Below, one piece after another: positions 13,424 to 25,575 of a stretch of DNA of 64,000 nt. Below the pieces are notes generated by a model. The model was given only the letters and a program-made list of their open reading frames with translations. It was not told where the DNA came from and did not search any database. The first letter of the stretch is position 1. Every line of letters starts with the position of its first letter. The position numbers were made by a program, and so were the translations under genes. The stretch comes from Cetorhinus maximus (Eukaryota), in contig NC_135896.1 in the NCBI RefSeq assembly GCF_964194155.1, forward strand, positions 51,522,001 through 51,586,000, given 5' to 3'.

Positions 13424-14329
13424 TGTGTAGAATGAATAGTTTAGGCCAATGACTATCTGAGCCACCTTTTTACAATTTTAAGTAATGTCATCCTGGCATC
13501 AAAGCGTATTCCTTGTCGACATCGGCCAAGTCTACCTGTCATTTTAGATGTTACAGCAAATACACAATCTTTGGTTTGACATTATGTGGTCAGGAGACAT
13601 GGTGATAATTTTACTCAATTGAAGAGTGCATCTTGGATCGGCCCTTAGCTTGTTATTGTATTCATAATGCCTTACATTTGATGTGATGTTGCTGTTAATT
13701 CATAATGAAAGACGGACAGTGAGCAATGAGAATAGTAACATCAAACTAGGTGCAGTATAGCTTTAAGGGTCTAGAAACTGATTGGAAGTGGGAATCTTGA
13801 ATTTGAGAAAATCTGATAAATGTATTCAATTTCTGTCAGTCTCATTCATTTTACATACACCTTACCAACTAGTATTTGTGTAGAATGAATAGTTTAGGCC
13901 AATGACTATCTGAGCCACCTTTTTACAATTTTAAGTAATGTCATCCTGGCATCAAAGCGTATTCCTTGTCGACATCGGCCAAGTCTACCTGTCATTTTAG
14001 ATGTTACAGCAAATACACAATCTTTGGTTTGACATTATGTGGTCAGGAGACATGGTGATAATTTTACTCAATTGAAGGGTGCATCTTGGATCGGCCCTTA
14101 GCTTGTTATTGTATTCATAATGCCTTACATTTGATGTGATGTTGCTGTTAATTCATAATGAAAGACGGACAGTGAGCAATGAGAATAGTAACATCAAACT
14201 AGGTGCAGTATAGCTTTAAGGGTCTAGAAACTGATTGGAAGTGGGAATCTTGAATTTGAGAAAATCTGATAAATGTATTCAATTTCTGTCAGTCTCATTC
14301 ATTTTACATACACCTTACCAACTAGTATT
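13424..14329. repeat. 453-bp tandem duplication (13424-13876 and 13877-14329)
   Basis: Directly visible. Only one mismatch found (A13625 vs G14078). TGT microhomology at the junctions. Confidence 0.97.
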
Positions 14330-14884
14330 TGTTGAAAATCTCCTTAAAGAAAATGGGTGAAACAATGGCTTGAGTGTTGTTTATCTTGCATCCAGTGGGC
14401 TAATCACTTAATTCAATGACTCTTGATGCTGTTGGTTCTAGTTCTGAACCCTCGCCTGGATTTCTAGTAGTATCATCTAAACAGTAACTCAGCACCTCGT
14501 TAGTTTCACACTGAAGCATTTCATACAAGCAGGTGCTGTTGTTAGGTTAATAGACAAAAATAGCAACAATTGATTGCTTTCCTTATTAAGTTATCCTAAT
14601 AGATGACAGTGATGTAAGATAAAAAAGGCCATTTAGCCCACCTCAGCTGATTCACCCAGAAAGATTTGCCCTTGCAAACTACCATGTCATTTCAAATCTT
14701 ATCTCCCAGTTTCTTACTATGTTCTTATTGTTCAAGTTCATGCCCCTGCTTTCCTAAAGCATGGTGTTTGGATCTCTGAAATCAAGTGCTTTCCCTGCCG
14801 CAGCACTGAAATAGCCTGAATGAAAGTTACAAATTATATCCTGTGTGACTGTGACCCTGATGGATTATTATTCCAATTTTTAAA

Positions 14885-16290
14885 AATTATTTATTTGTTC
14901 ATGGCATGCAGGCATCGCTGGCTAGACCAGCATTTATTGTCCACCTCTAATTGCCCTTGAGAAGGTGGTGGTGAGCCACCTTCTTGAACCGCTGCAGTCA
15001 ATGTGGTGTAGGTACATGCACAGTGCTGTTAGGAAGGGAGTTCAAGGATTTTGACCTAGCAACAGTGAAGTAATGGTAATATAATTCCAAGTCAGGATGA
15101 TGTGTGACTTGGAAGGGAACTTGCAGGTGGTGCTGTTCCCACGCATCTGCTGCCGTTGTCCTTCCAGGTGGTAGAGGTTGCAGGTTTGGAAGGTGCTGTC
15201 GAAGCAGCTTTGGTAAGTTGCTGCAGTTCATCTTGTGGATCATACACACTGGTGGAAGCAGTGAATGTTGAAGGTATTGGACGGAGTGCCAATCAAGCAG
15301 CTGATTCATTCAACTCATGGAGTCCACGATGGTGTCAAGCTTCTTGATTGTTGTTTTAGCTGCACTCATCCAGGCAAGTGGAGAGTATTCCATCACACTC
15401 CTGACTTGTGCCTTATAGAATGGTGGACAGGCTTTGGGGATTCAGGAGGTGAGTTACTCTGCAGAATTCCCAGCCTCTGACCTGCTCTTGTAGCCACAGT
15501 ATTTATACGGTTGGTGCCATTCAGTTTCTGGACAATGGTAACCCCCCAGGATGTTGAAAGTGGGGGATTCAGTGATAGTAATGCCATTGAATGTTATGGG
15601 GAGATGGTTAGATTCTCTCTTGTTGGAGCTGGTCATTGCCTGACAGTTGTATGGCGCGAATGCTACTTGCCATTTATCAGCCCAAGCCTGAATAGTCTTG
15701 CTGCATATGGACTGCTTCAGTATCTGAGGAATTGTGAATGGTGCTGAACATTGTGCAATCATCCACGAACATCCCCACTTCTGACCTTATGATGGAGGAA
15801 AGGTGAAATGAAACCGCTGAAGATGGCTGCGCCTAGGACACTACCCTGAGGAACGCCTGTAGCAATGTCCCAGGACTGAGATGATTGACCTCCAACAACG
15901 ACAGCTGTCTTCCTTTGTGCTAGGTATGACACTAACCAATGGAAAGTTTTCCCCAATGCCCACTTACTTCATTTCGTCTAGGGCTCCTTGATGCCACACT
16001 CAGTCAAATGTGGCTGTGATGTCAAGGACTGTCGCTCTCACTTCACCTTTGGAGTTCAGCTCTTTTGTCGACGTTTGGGCTAAGGCTGTAATGTCAGGAG
16101 CTGAGTGGCCCTGGCGGAACCCAAATTGAGTGTCAGTGAGCAAGTTATTGCTGTGCAAGTGCCCTTTGATAACACTGTCGACGACATCTTCCATCACATT
16201 GCTGATAATCAAGAGGAGGCTGATGGGGCGATAATTGGCCGGGTTGGATTTGTCCTGTTTTTTGTGGACATAACGTACCTGGGCTAAATC
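14885..16290 (-). mobile_element. 5'-truncated copy of the same LINE family as 18030-21851
   Basis: Minus-strand ORFs LLTDTQFGFRQGHSAPD, GVPQGSVLG and QAWADKWQV; same 3' tail. Confidence 0.9.
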
Positions 16291-16299
16291 CCAGCTGCA

Positions 16300-16750
16300 G
16301 AGATGGGGGTTGTTGGAGATGAGGTGTTGGGGACTGTCATAGGGTGGGGGGTCCGAAGTCAGGGGGGCTTTGGGAGGGTCCGAGGTTGAGGGGGTCCACA
16401 GTCCGGGGAGGGGGTGGTTATGGGGTTGTGGGGGTCTGGAGTTGGGGGTTGGGTCCGCGGTAGGGGAAGGAGGTTGGTTGGAGGTCCAGGGGTTGTGGGG
16501 GAGGGGTCCAAGGTCTGGGGGCGCTGTGTGGGAGGTCCAAGGTCCAGAGGGGGAACATGAGGGGGGGGTTCCGAAGTCTTGTGGGGTGTGGGGCCAAGGT
16601 CGTGGGGGGGGAGGGGGTGGGTGGGATTTGGAGGTCTGGGGGTGTTGGAGTTCAGGGGGGTTGGGGGGTATTGGAGTTCGAGGGGTTGGGGGCGTCGAGT
16701 CCCATGGTGGGGGCTGTCAGGGGTGTGGGGGAGTCCCGTGGGGTAGGTCT
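16300..16750 (+). repeat. G-rich low-complexity region / degenerate minisatellite
   Basis: Repeated ggggtcc and ggggttg words, with a strong G skew on the + strand. Confidence 0.8.
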
Positions 16751-18029
16751 GGGCCTTTACAATAGTTAGTCAGAAGCTGCAAGAGGTTTTAATTCTAACT
16801 TTTTCTGAGTAGCTATTGGTATAACCCTGGCAGAACCATACGAAGTTTGCGATTTAAACTGCATTTTCAGATGGTTCCCAGCACAGGGCAATTGTCATGC
16901 AGACCTTTACCTGGGAACATCCCAGAGGGATTCCCTAGCGCATCTTTGGGATACCCCCCAAATCTGACACTGCTGAGCTGGGAAGTTACAGGCCAAAGTG
17001 CTTGTACTCAGTTTGCAGGAAACTTCCATATAATATATGCTGTCTGATGTTAAAGCACCATTTCAAACCACCAAGCCTGGGGATAATTATTTCTGAAATT
17101 GGAATTGATGGAATAAATTGATATGAGTTGCTATTTTGAGCACTCAAAGGGAAGTTTATTTGAAGTTTCAGGAAATAAACAAAATTTTGATTTTCAAAAA
17201 AAACTAAATGAAAAACAATCTAGGTAGTGTTATGATCCCAGCTGATGTTAATACTGGGCAAGTCAGATTCCAGAGTGAAACCTGGCTTGGTAGATCCTAA
17301 CTTTGATTATTTTAGAAACCGTGGAGGTCAGTTACTGAACACAATCACAAGACTCTGCCAGTATACTTCTAACACAAAGAATAAAATGTTTATTATCAAG
17401 AAAAAATGAACTATATTACACTAGACAAAAAGGTTGGAAAGATTTCATTACAGATACCAGAAAATGATTCAAACTCACACTACTCCTTTTATCCCAGCAA
17501 CCCTTACAGACACAAAAACCCAATGAAATGTTACCACTGTCTAGACACCAAAGTTTCTTGCTTGGGTTAGCTCAGTTTAAAACAGTTTTCTTCCAGCAGA
17601 CTTCTGCGCATCCACTAGATGTTTTTCTTCAGCTGATATCTCTCCCTGAAACACCTGAAAACCACCATCTAAACTCATTATTACTTCAACTTCAGGGCAA
17701 ACATACGAGTTCCCTAAACTCAGTACCCCAGCAGGCTCGCAGGACTTCTTATTTGAAAGGCTAGACCTTAACTGAACTCCCTCCTGTGTTTTCCTGTGTC
17801 TCTGTGTGTCTCTGGACTCCTGTCACTCGGCAACAGCACATTTTTTCCTACTTTTTGTTGTTTTTTAACTTCACTAAACTACTAACTCCTTGGTAACCTA
17901 TCTCTTCACTTAAAGAGTTGTAAAACCTCATTAAAAATGCATGTATACAAACAGGGCCCCAGAGTTCCTACCACTCAGTTCACAAAAACCTCTAATTGAT
18001 ACTAAAACCAGGTTTCACCTTAATACCCG

Positions 18030-21000
18030 TTTTTTTTTTTTATTCATTCACTGGATGTGGGCTTTGCAGGCTGAGCATTTATTGCCCATCCTTAATTAGA
18101 CCATAAGACATAGAAGCAGAAGCAGGCCACTCAGCCCATCGAGTCTGCTCCACTATTCAATGAGATCACGGCTGATCTGATAATGCTCAATTCCACTTTC
18201 CTGCCTTTTCCCCATAACCCTTGATTCCCTTACTGATTAAAAATTTGTCTATCTCAGCCTTGAATATACTTAAAACCCACCCTCTACAGCCCTCTGCAGT
18301 AAAGAATTCCACAGATTCACTACCCTCTGAGAGAAGAAATTCCTCCTCATTTCTGTCTTAAATGGGTGACCCCTTACTCTGACATTATGCTCTCTGGTCC
18401 CAGACTCTCCCACAAGGGAAAACAACCTCTCAGCATCTACCCTATCAAGTCCCCTAAGAACGTTATATGTTTCAATAAGGTCGCCTTTCATTCTTCTAAA
18501 CTCAAATGAGCATCGGCCCAACCTACTCAACCGCTCCTCAAAAGAAAAATCCCTTCATACCCGGGATCAACCTAGTGAACCTTCTCTGGACTGCTTCCAG
18601 TGCCAGTATATCTTTCCTTAAATATTAGGGGACCAAAACTGTTCACAGTATTCCAGGTGCCCTTGAGAAGGTGGTGGTGAGCTACCTTCTTGAGCAGTTG
18701 AACTCCATGTGGTGTAGGTACACCCACAGTGCTGTTAGGAAGGGAGTTCCAGGATTTTGACCCAGTGACAGTGAAGGAATGGCATATATTTCACTCACCA
18801 TCAATATGATGAATGACTTGGAGGGGAACTTCCAGGTGGTGGTGCTCCCATCTATCTGCTGCCCTTGTCCTTCTGGATGGTATTGGTTGTGGGTTTGGAA
18901 GGTGCTGTCTAAGGAGCCTTGGTGAATTCCTGCAGAGCATCTTGTAGATGGTACACACTGCTGCTACTGTGCGTTGGTGGTGGAGGGACTGAATGTTTGT
19001 GGATGTGGTGCCAATTAAGCAGGCTGCTTTGTCTTGGATGGTGTCAAGCTTCTTGAATGTTGTGGGAGCTGCACTCATCCAAGCAAGTGGGGAGTATTCC
19101 ATCACACTCCTGACCTGTGCCTTGTAGGTGGTGGACAGGCTTTGGGGAGTCAGGAGATAAGTTACTCATCGCAGGATTCCTAGCCTCTGACCTGCTCTTG
19201 TAGCCACAGTATTTATATGGCTAGACCAGTTCAGTTTCAGGTCAATGGTAACCCCAAGGATGTTGATACTGAGGGATTCAGTGAAGGTAATACCATTGAA
19301 TGTCATGGGGAAATGGTTGGATTCTCTCATGTTGGAGATGATCATTGCCTGGCACTTCTGTGGTGCGAATGTTACTTGCCACTTCTCAGCCCAAGCCTGG
19401 ATATTGTCCAGGTCTTGCTGCATTTGGACATGGACTGCTTCAGTATCTGAGGAGTCATGAATGGTGCTGAACATTGGGCAATCATCAGTGAACATCCCCA
19501 CTTCTGACTTTACAATGGAAGGAAGGTCATTGATGAAGCAGCTGAAGATGGTTGGGCTGAGGACACTAACCTCAGGAACTCCTACAGTGATCTCCTAGAG
19601 CTGAGATGACTGACCTTCAACAACCACAACCATCCTCCTTTGTGCTAGGTATGACTCCAACCAGTGGAGAGTTTTCCCCGGTTCCCATTGACTCCAGTTT
19701 TGCTAGGGCTCCTTGATGCCACACTCTGTCAAATGCGGCCTTAATGTCAAGGGCAGCCACCCTCACCTCGGAAGTTCAGCTGTTTTGTCCATGTTTGAAA
19801 TAAGGTCAGGAGCTGAGTGACCCAAATTGTGCATCAGTGAGCTGATTATTGCTAAGCAAGTGCCGCTTGATAGCACTGTTGATGACTCCTTCCATTACTT
19901 TACTGATGATCGAGAGTAGACTGATGGGGGTGGCAATTGGCCAGGTTGGATTTGTCCTGCTTTTTGTGTACAGGAAATACCTGAGCAATTTTCCACGTAG
20001 CCGGGTAGATGCCAGTGTTGTAGCTGTACTGGAATAGCTTGGCTAGGGGCACAGCAAGTTCTGGAGCACAAGTCTTCAGTACTATTGCAGGAATATTGTC
20101 AGGGTCCATGGCCTTTGCACTATCCAGTGCCTTCAGCCATTTCTTGATATCACGTGGAGTGAACCAAATTGGCTGAAGACTGGCATCTGTGATGATGGGG
20201 ACCTCCGGAGGAGGCCAAGATAGATCATCCGCTCAGCACTTCTGGCTGAAGATTGTAGCAAATGCTTCAGCCTTACCTTTTACTCTGATGTGCTGGACTC
20301 TCCCATCATTGAGGATGGGGATATTTGTGGAGCCTCCTCCTCCTCTGAATTGTTTATTTGTCCACCACCATTCACAATTGGATGTGGTAGGACTGCAGAG
20401 CTTAGATCTGATCCATTGGTTGTAGGACTGCTCAGCTCTATCACTTGTTTATGCTGTTTGGCACACAAGCAGTACTGTGTTAAAGCTTCACCAGGTTGAC
20501 ATTTCATTTTTAGGTATGCCTAGTACTGCTCCTGGCATAGCCTCCTGCACTCTTGAACCAGGGTTGATCCTCTGGCTTGATGGTAATGACGGAGTGGGGG
20601 ATATGCTGGGCCATGAGGTTACATATTGTGTTCCAGTACAATTCTGCTGCTGCTGATGGCCCACAGTGCCTCATGGATGCCCAGTCTTGAGTTACTAGAT
20701 CTGTTCGAAATCTATCCCATTTAGCACGGTGGTAGTGCTACACAACAGGATGAAGGGTATCCTCAGTGTGAAGGCAGGACCTCGTCTCCACAACGACTGT
20801 GTGGTGGTCACTCCTACCGATAATGTCATGGACAGATGCATCTGCGGCAGGCAGGTTGGTGAGGATGAGGTCAAGTATGTTTTTCCCTTTTGTTGGTTCC
20901 CTCACCACCTGCCACAGACCCAGTCTAGCAGCTATGTCCTTTAGGACTTGGCCAGCTCGGTCAGTAGTGGTGCTACCGAGCAACTTCTGGTGATGGACAT

Positions 21001-21851
21001 TGAAGTCCCCCACCCAGAGTACATTATGCACCCTTGCCACCCTCAGTGCTTCCTCCAAGTGGTGTTCAACATGGGGGAGCACTGATTCATCAGCTGAGGG
21101 AGGGCAGGACATGGTAATCAGCAGGAGGTTTCCTTGCACATGTTTGACCTGACGCCATGAGACTTCATGGAGTCTGGAGTCAATGTTGAGGACTCTCAGG
21201 GCAACTCCCTCCCGATTGTAAACCATTGTGCTGCCACTCTGCTGGGTCTGTCCTGCTGCAGACCCAGTCTAGCAGCTATGTCCTTTAGGACTTGGCCAGG
21301 GATGATGATGGTGGTGTCTGGGACATTATCTGTAAAATATGATTCCGTGAGGATAACTATGTCAGACTGTTGCTTGACTAGTCTGTGAGACAGCTCTTTC
21401 AATTTTAGCATTAGCCCCCAGATGTTAGTAAGGACTTTGCAGGGTCAACAGGGCTGAGTTTGCTGTTGTAATTTCTGGTGCCTAGGTCGATGCCGGATGG
21501 TCCATCTGGTTTCATTCCTTTTTTGAGACTTTGTAGCGGTTTGATACAACTGGGTGGTTTGCTAGGCCATTTCAGAGGGCATTCAAGAGTCAAACACATT
21601 GCAGTGGGTCTGGAGTCACAAGTAGGCCAGACCAAGTAAGGACAGCAGATTTTCTTCCCTAAAGGGACATGAGTGAACCAGATGGGATTTTACAACAATC
21701 GACAATGGTTTCTTGTCATCATTAGACTTTTAATTCCAGATTTTTTTTACTGAATTCAAATTCCACCATCTGCCAGGGCGGGATTCAAACCCGGGTCCCC
21801 AGAGTATTACCCTGGGTCTCTGGATTACTAGTCCAATGACAATACCACTAC
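18030..21851 (-). mobile_element. Near full-length single-ORF LINE (APE endonuclease + RT; CR1/L2 group) with tRNA-like 5' head, decayed
   Basis: Minus-strand ORFs DIVILTESY, WVGDFNVHH, NILDLILTN...GRSDH, PDNIPAIVLKTCAPEL and FTDD. Poly-A tail at about 18030; B-box GGTTTGAATCCC at 21791-21780. Confidence 0.88.
18099..18657 (-). mobile_element. CR1 3' fragment inserted in the LINE 3' tail
   Basis: ORF 18270-18530 (FRRMKGDLIETY...NFFSQRVVNLWNSL). The host tail ctaat|tgcccttgagaagg is contiguous in the copy at about 14947. Confidence 0.88.
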
Positions 21852-24104
21852 TAAATTAAACTTAAAGCTATAAATTGTTCCTTACAGTGGTTTCTGGGTA
21901 TTAAAAAAAAGTTTGTTTTGGGAAGAACATACTTGAACACTGACAAAGCCTGTGAGCCCAACAGCACTGTTATTTGAATTTAACAGCACTGTTATTTGAA
22001 TTTGGAATAATTTTGAAATAGAAAAAGAAAGTCGGGCACAATTTAGTGGGTCATTTCGAGTGAAAAAAAAATTGTCTAAAATGAAGAACAAACAATTTGC
22101 CTTGTATCAAATGTTAGATTCTGTTTCAAGATATTTTAGGAACATTGTACTGAACAGTGAGGTCTCTCCCTGTCTCCTGAATGAGATGGAATGGTAAATA
22201 TTGAGATGGCTCACTTAGAATAAAAGATAGTTAGGAAAAATTACCCAGCAACAAAAGGAAATCGGAATAACTCACCTTGGGTGTAGTTCAGTGAAGTAGG
22301 TATATCAATCTAGCATCGATGTACATCCTAGTGAAAATTAGGAAAGTGTAGATAGATGAGATTATTAAATGGCTGGTTTTCTCTTGGACATGCTTGTGTC
22401 CCTGTCTGTGAACGTCTTAAGAGAACTGAATTTGATAGTTTGGCCACTAGTGGGACCTTACAGGGGAGATAAGCAAAGATCTCAAGACAGATGCTCCTTT
22501 TGATCTTTTGATAAGATCACCTGAGAGTTGAGATTGTGTGGCATGATATTGGGATACTGGTCTGAGTGTGCAAATGTGAGTTGTTACATACAAAGCAACT
22601 AACATGTAGAAATGCATGGTGAAATGCACTGAAGAATGGGTCTCATACATGCACAATTACGTGACAAACAGCTTGACTTGAACTCGTTAATGTGGCCACT
22701 AGAATGAAACATTTTTTTAGATCATCAAGGCACTGACACATACTCTATAGTGAAACTGACTTAAAACAATGACAGAATTAAACACACTGGTATTGGTCAA
22801 AATGAGTAAAGTTGAAGTAAAAAGAACTTTTAAAAAATGATTGGGGTAATTAAGGGCTTGGGAGTAAGAATACTTAATAAGAACTATCCACAAGTTGAAT
22901 ACAAATAAAGGGAGAGCTGGAGAATTTATTAATGATATATTAAACTGTAGCTTTAGTCCACTCCTGCAAAAAGACAAAGGATATTTTTGGGTAAGGTGAT
23001 CTATAGGTCAGGACTGATATTACAAGTAGATAGTGATCATGGGTCACACTCCACCAGAAAATAATTCACTTCATTACAAGAAATCATGGGGATTGAGCAC
23101 AAATTGCAAAGTTCCACCAACCCCAGTCTTCAGGAGTATAAGAAAGGCAAAATAGGATCATCCAAACTATGTTGAAAAAGCTGTGTATAGATTGCCCCAC
23201 TCAATCAAATATTTAAAGACATTGTTGTGATTGTATTTGGAAAATGCCACAAGTAACAATCAGAGAGGGTGAAGGATTGAGGACAGAGTATGAATGTCCT
23301 GATGCGCCTGGTACAAAAGAGCCTTCATTATCCCAGCTGGCACAAAAGGATTGGAATGGGAAAAGTTGGAGATGGCTCAGTGATGATTAAACTGGCTGAA
23401 GATGAATAGAAGAGACCATGGGTTGGTAGCTTGCCGCAGTGTGGGAGGAAAAGGACAGCTCATGTATGTAAAAGTGATGCTAGGAATGAGAATGCTATTT
23501 TTCAGTTGATTAAAGCACAGGGTCAGTCAGGACTATAGCAAATCCAGAAAGGGGAAATAGGACCCTCCAAACTATGTTGAAAAAGTATCAAATCTGGAAA
23601 CAATTCCAATGAATGGGAGGTTTATAACCCATCAGAATCTTGGAACGGAATATTAATCTATCCTATGTGTTCCCCCAAAAATTCTAATCAACCAAAACTA
23701 CACATGGGACAGCTTGGATATTGAGTGCTGTTCAGAACGAGGAGTTTAATTGTGTCGATATGATGATAGGAATCCTCAGAAGGTAGCTTGTGGTTTGTAT
23801 TGGATCAGGAGTCATCCACACGTGACATGGTCATTCAGAAGTATAGAAAAACCATGCTAGACATGTATATCTCCAGTTGTGAATCTGTTGTGTAACCACC
23901 AATGCCCATGAAATGTGGTATGGGAAAGAGTCATGCCCCATTAAAAGGCCACCTGTTGTTTTAAACCAGCTCAGTCTACCCGAATAGGGAGTGATGTATC
24001 GTTCCTTCTACAGGTCCATAACATCACTGAGCAAAGGATAAACCTTTCAATGCAAGAGGAGACGCTCAAAGTGGTTGCACAGTTTGGATATTCTATACCC
24101 ATCT

Positions 24105-24875
24105 CTCATTGGCCAGTATTTTATTCTTTCCCCCATGGTGAGTTTGGAGGTGGGCAGGGCATTTAATCAGGCAGGATGGTGGCGGGTGGAGACCCCTCAA
24201 TTATGTCCGTGGTGGGAAGGCCCAGAGGTAGTTATCCTGCCCAGCTGCCAATTGAGGCCCTTAAGGGGCAATTAATGCCCAATTAAGGGTCTCTTCCTGC
24301 TGCTGCTGGCATTAACCCAACCATCAGGCGAGCCTGTCATGACACAGGGAGCATGACATGCAAATCTGTGTGGGTTGCTTGTGGACTAATGGGGGGTGGG
24401 GGGGAGAAAGGCGGGGAGGTGGGGGGAGAAAGGCAGGGGGGTGGATTCCCTCATTCTAAGACACTCAGTGTTTGCGCGAGGGACACACCATTGAGAAGGG
24501 GAGGAGGGAGGGGGGTGGGGGGAGGGCCTGCTGAAAGCCAGATCTTGGCTGCTGACAAGATCAAACCGCTAAATCTCTCGCACCATCACTCACTCTGGCC
24601 TGAGTCACTCTGCGACCCTGGGCCTCTGATGGGTGTCGTTCCGGCAATAGCCCCTGCCTCCCTGGTGGTTGATCAAAAATCTGCCAGCCTCTTCTCTGTG
24701 GACTTTCTGCCCTAGGGTCCTGATCCCGTAGGAAGCCCAATGGTGATCTCTCAACTGCTTGATTGGCACCTAATATCAGCGGACCTTCTTGGAGGAGACA
24801 GCGCATGTCCTGTGCGGGCTCTCCAGCCAGTGGCCGAAACCCCCATTGCCTCCACAAAATTCCCCACATTAATTC
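24105..24875. mobile_element. Degenerate Harbinger-like MITE
   Basis: ggccagtatttt start, gccaattgaggcccttaag motif shared with the other MITEs, aaaattcccc end. Confidence 0.45.
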
Positions 24876-25270
24876 TGAAATCCATAATAGAAGGGTTGGC
24901 CACCTCACAGCATCATTTAGTCAAAATAAAACAGAGTAACGAACAAAGAGGTAATAAAATAAGGGAAGATCATGTTTGGAAACTGTCTATAATGCCGGGC
25001 AGCAGCCATGGCTCAGGACATTGTTGCTCTGCTATTTGTGATGCTTGGTCCACAAACTGAATAAACAACTAATAGTTTAGAGGTAGCTTCATTAACCTAT
25101 GGGAAGTAGTAATTAGTGAGGGATGAGTAAGTATATTTCATCTTCAAGGCGGGAAGTTTTCTGAGAAAATTATGCCTTAGAATTATGCTTTGTAAAAGAA
25201 ATAAAGCATGCGTTAAAATTATTTAGCTTTAACACATGTATCAGTTTAAACACTATAGTTTAGAATCTGA

Positions 25271-25438
25271 CTGAACCTTTGTAACTCTTTCGAGTTATCA
25301 ACAGATCACATGTAACTCTTTCGAGTACATTCACAGTTCTTGGTTTCCAGGAGTGGGAAATGAACCCACAACCTTCTGATTCAGAGGCAAGGGTGCTATG
25401 AACTGAGCCACAGCTGACACCTCCTGAACCTTTGTAAC
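25271..25438 (-). mobile_element. tRNA-derived SINE head (DeuSINE/SacSINE1-like) flanked by 15-bp direct repeats
   Basis: Minus strand GGTGTCAGCTGTGGCTCAG...GGGTTCATTTCCCAC; CTGAACCTTTGTAAC at 25271 and 25424. Confidence 0.7.
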
Positions 25439-25575
25439 CTTGGCTTACATATGTGCCTCTAACTGCATAAAGCTGTGCTGGTCTGGTTAGAGCTAGAACT
25501 GATTGATGAAATGTTCTGGAAGCATGAGAATCTTCTTAGGGATGTATAGATTAGGAGCTAACATCAGATGCTCAG

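Larger units (their letters stand above)
17228..21886. mobile_element. Probable solo LTR (17228-18029 plus 21852-21886) split by a LINE insertion
   Basis: Starts TGTTATG and ends CTTACA; flanks GTAG / GTGG (4-bp TSD with one mismatch). Confidence 0.5.

Noticed and set aside
16370-16769. Gly-rich ORFs
   Set aside because: G-rich low-complexity DNA with no splice or homology support.
21770-21851. Genuine tRNA gene
   Set aside because: A/B boxes are present, but I see no complete cloverleaf or downstream T-run terminator, and it continues into a retroelement.
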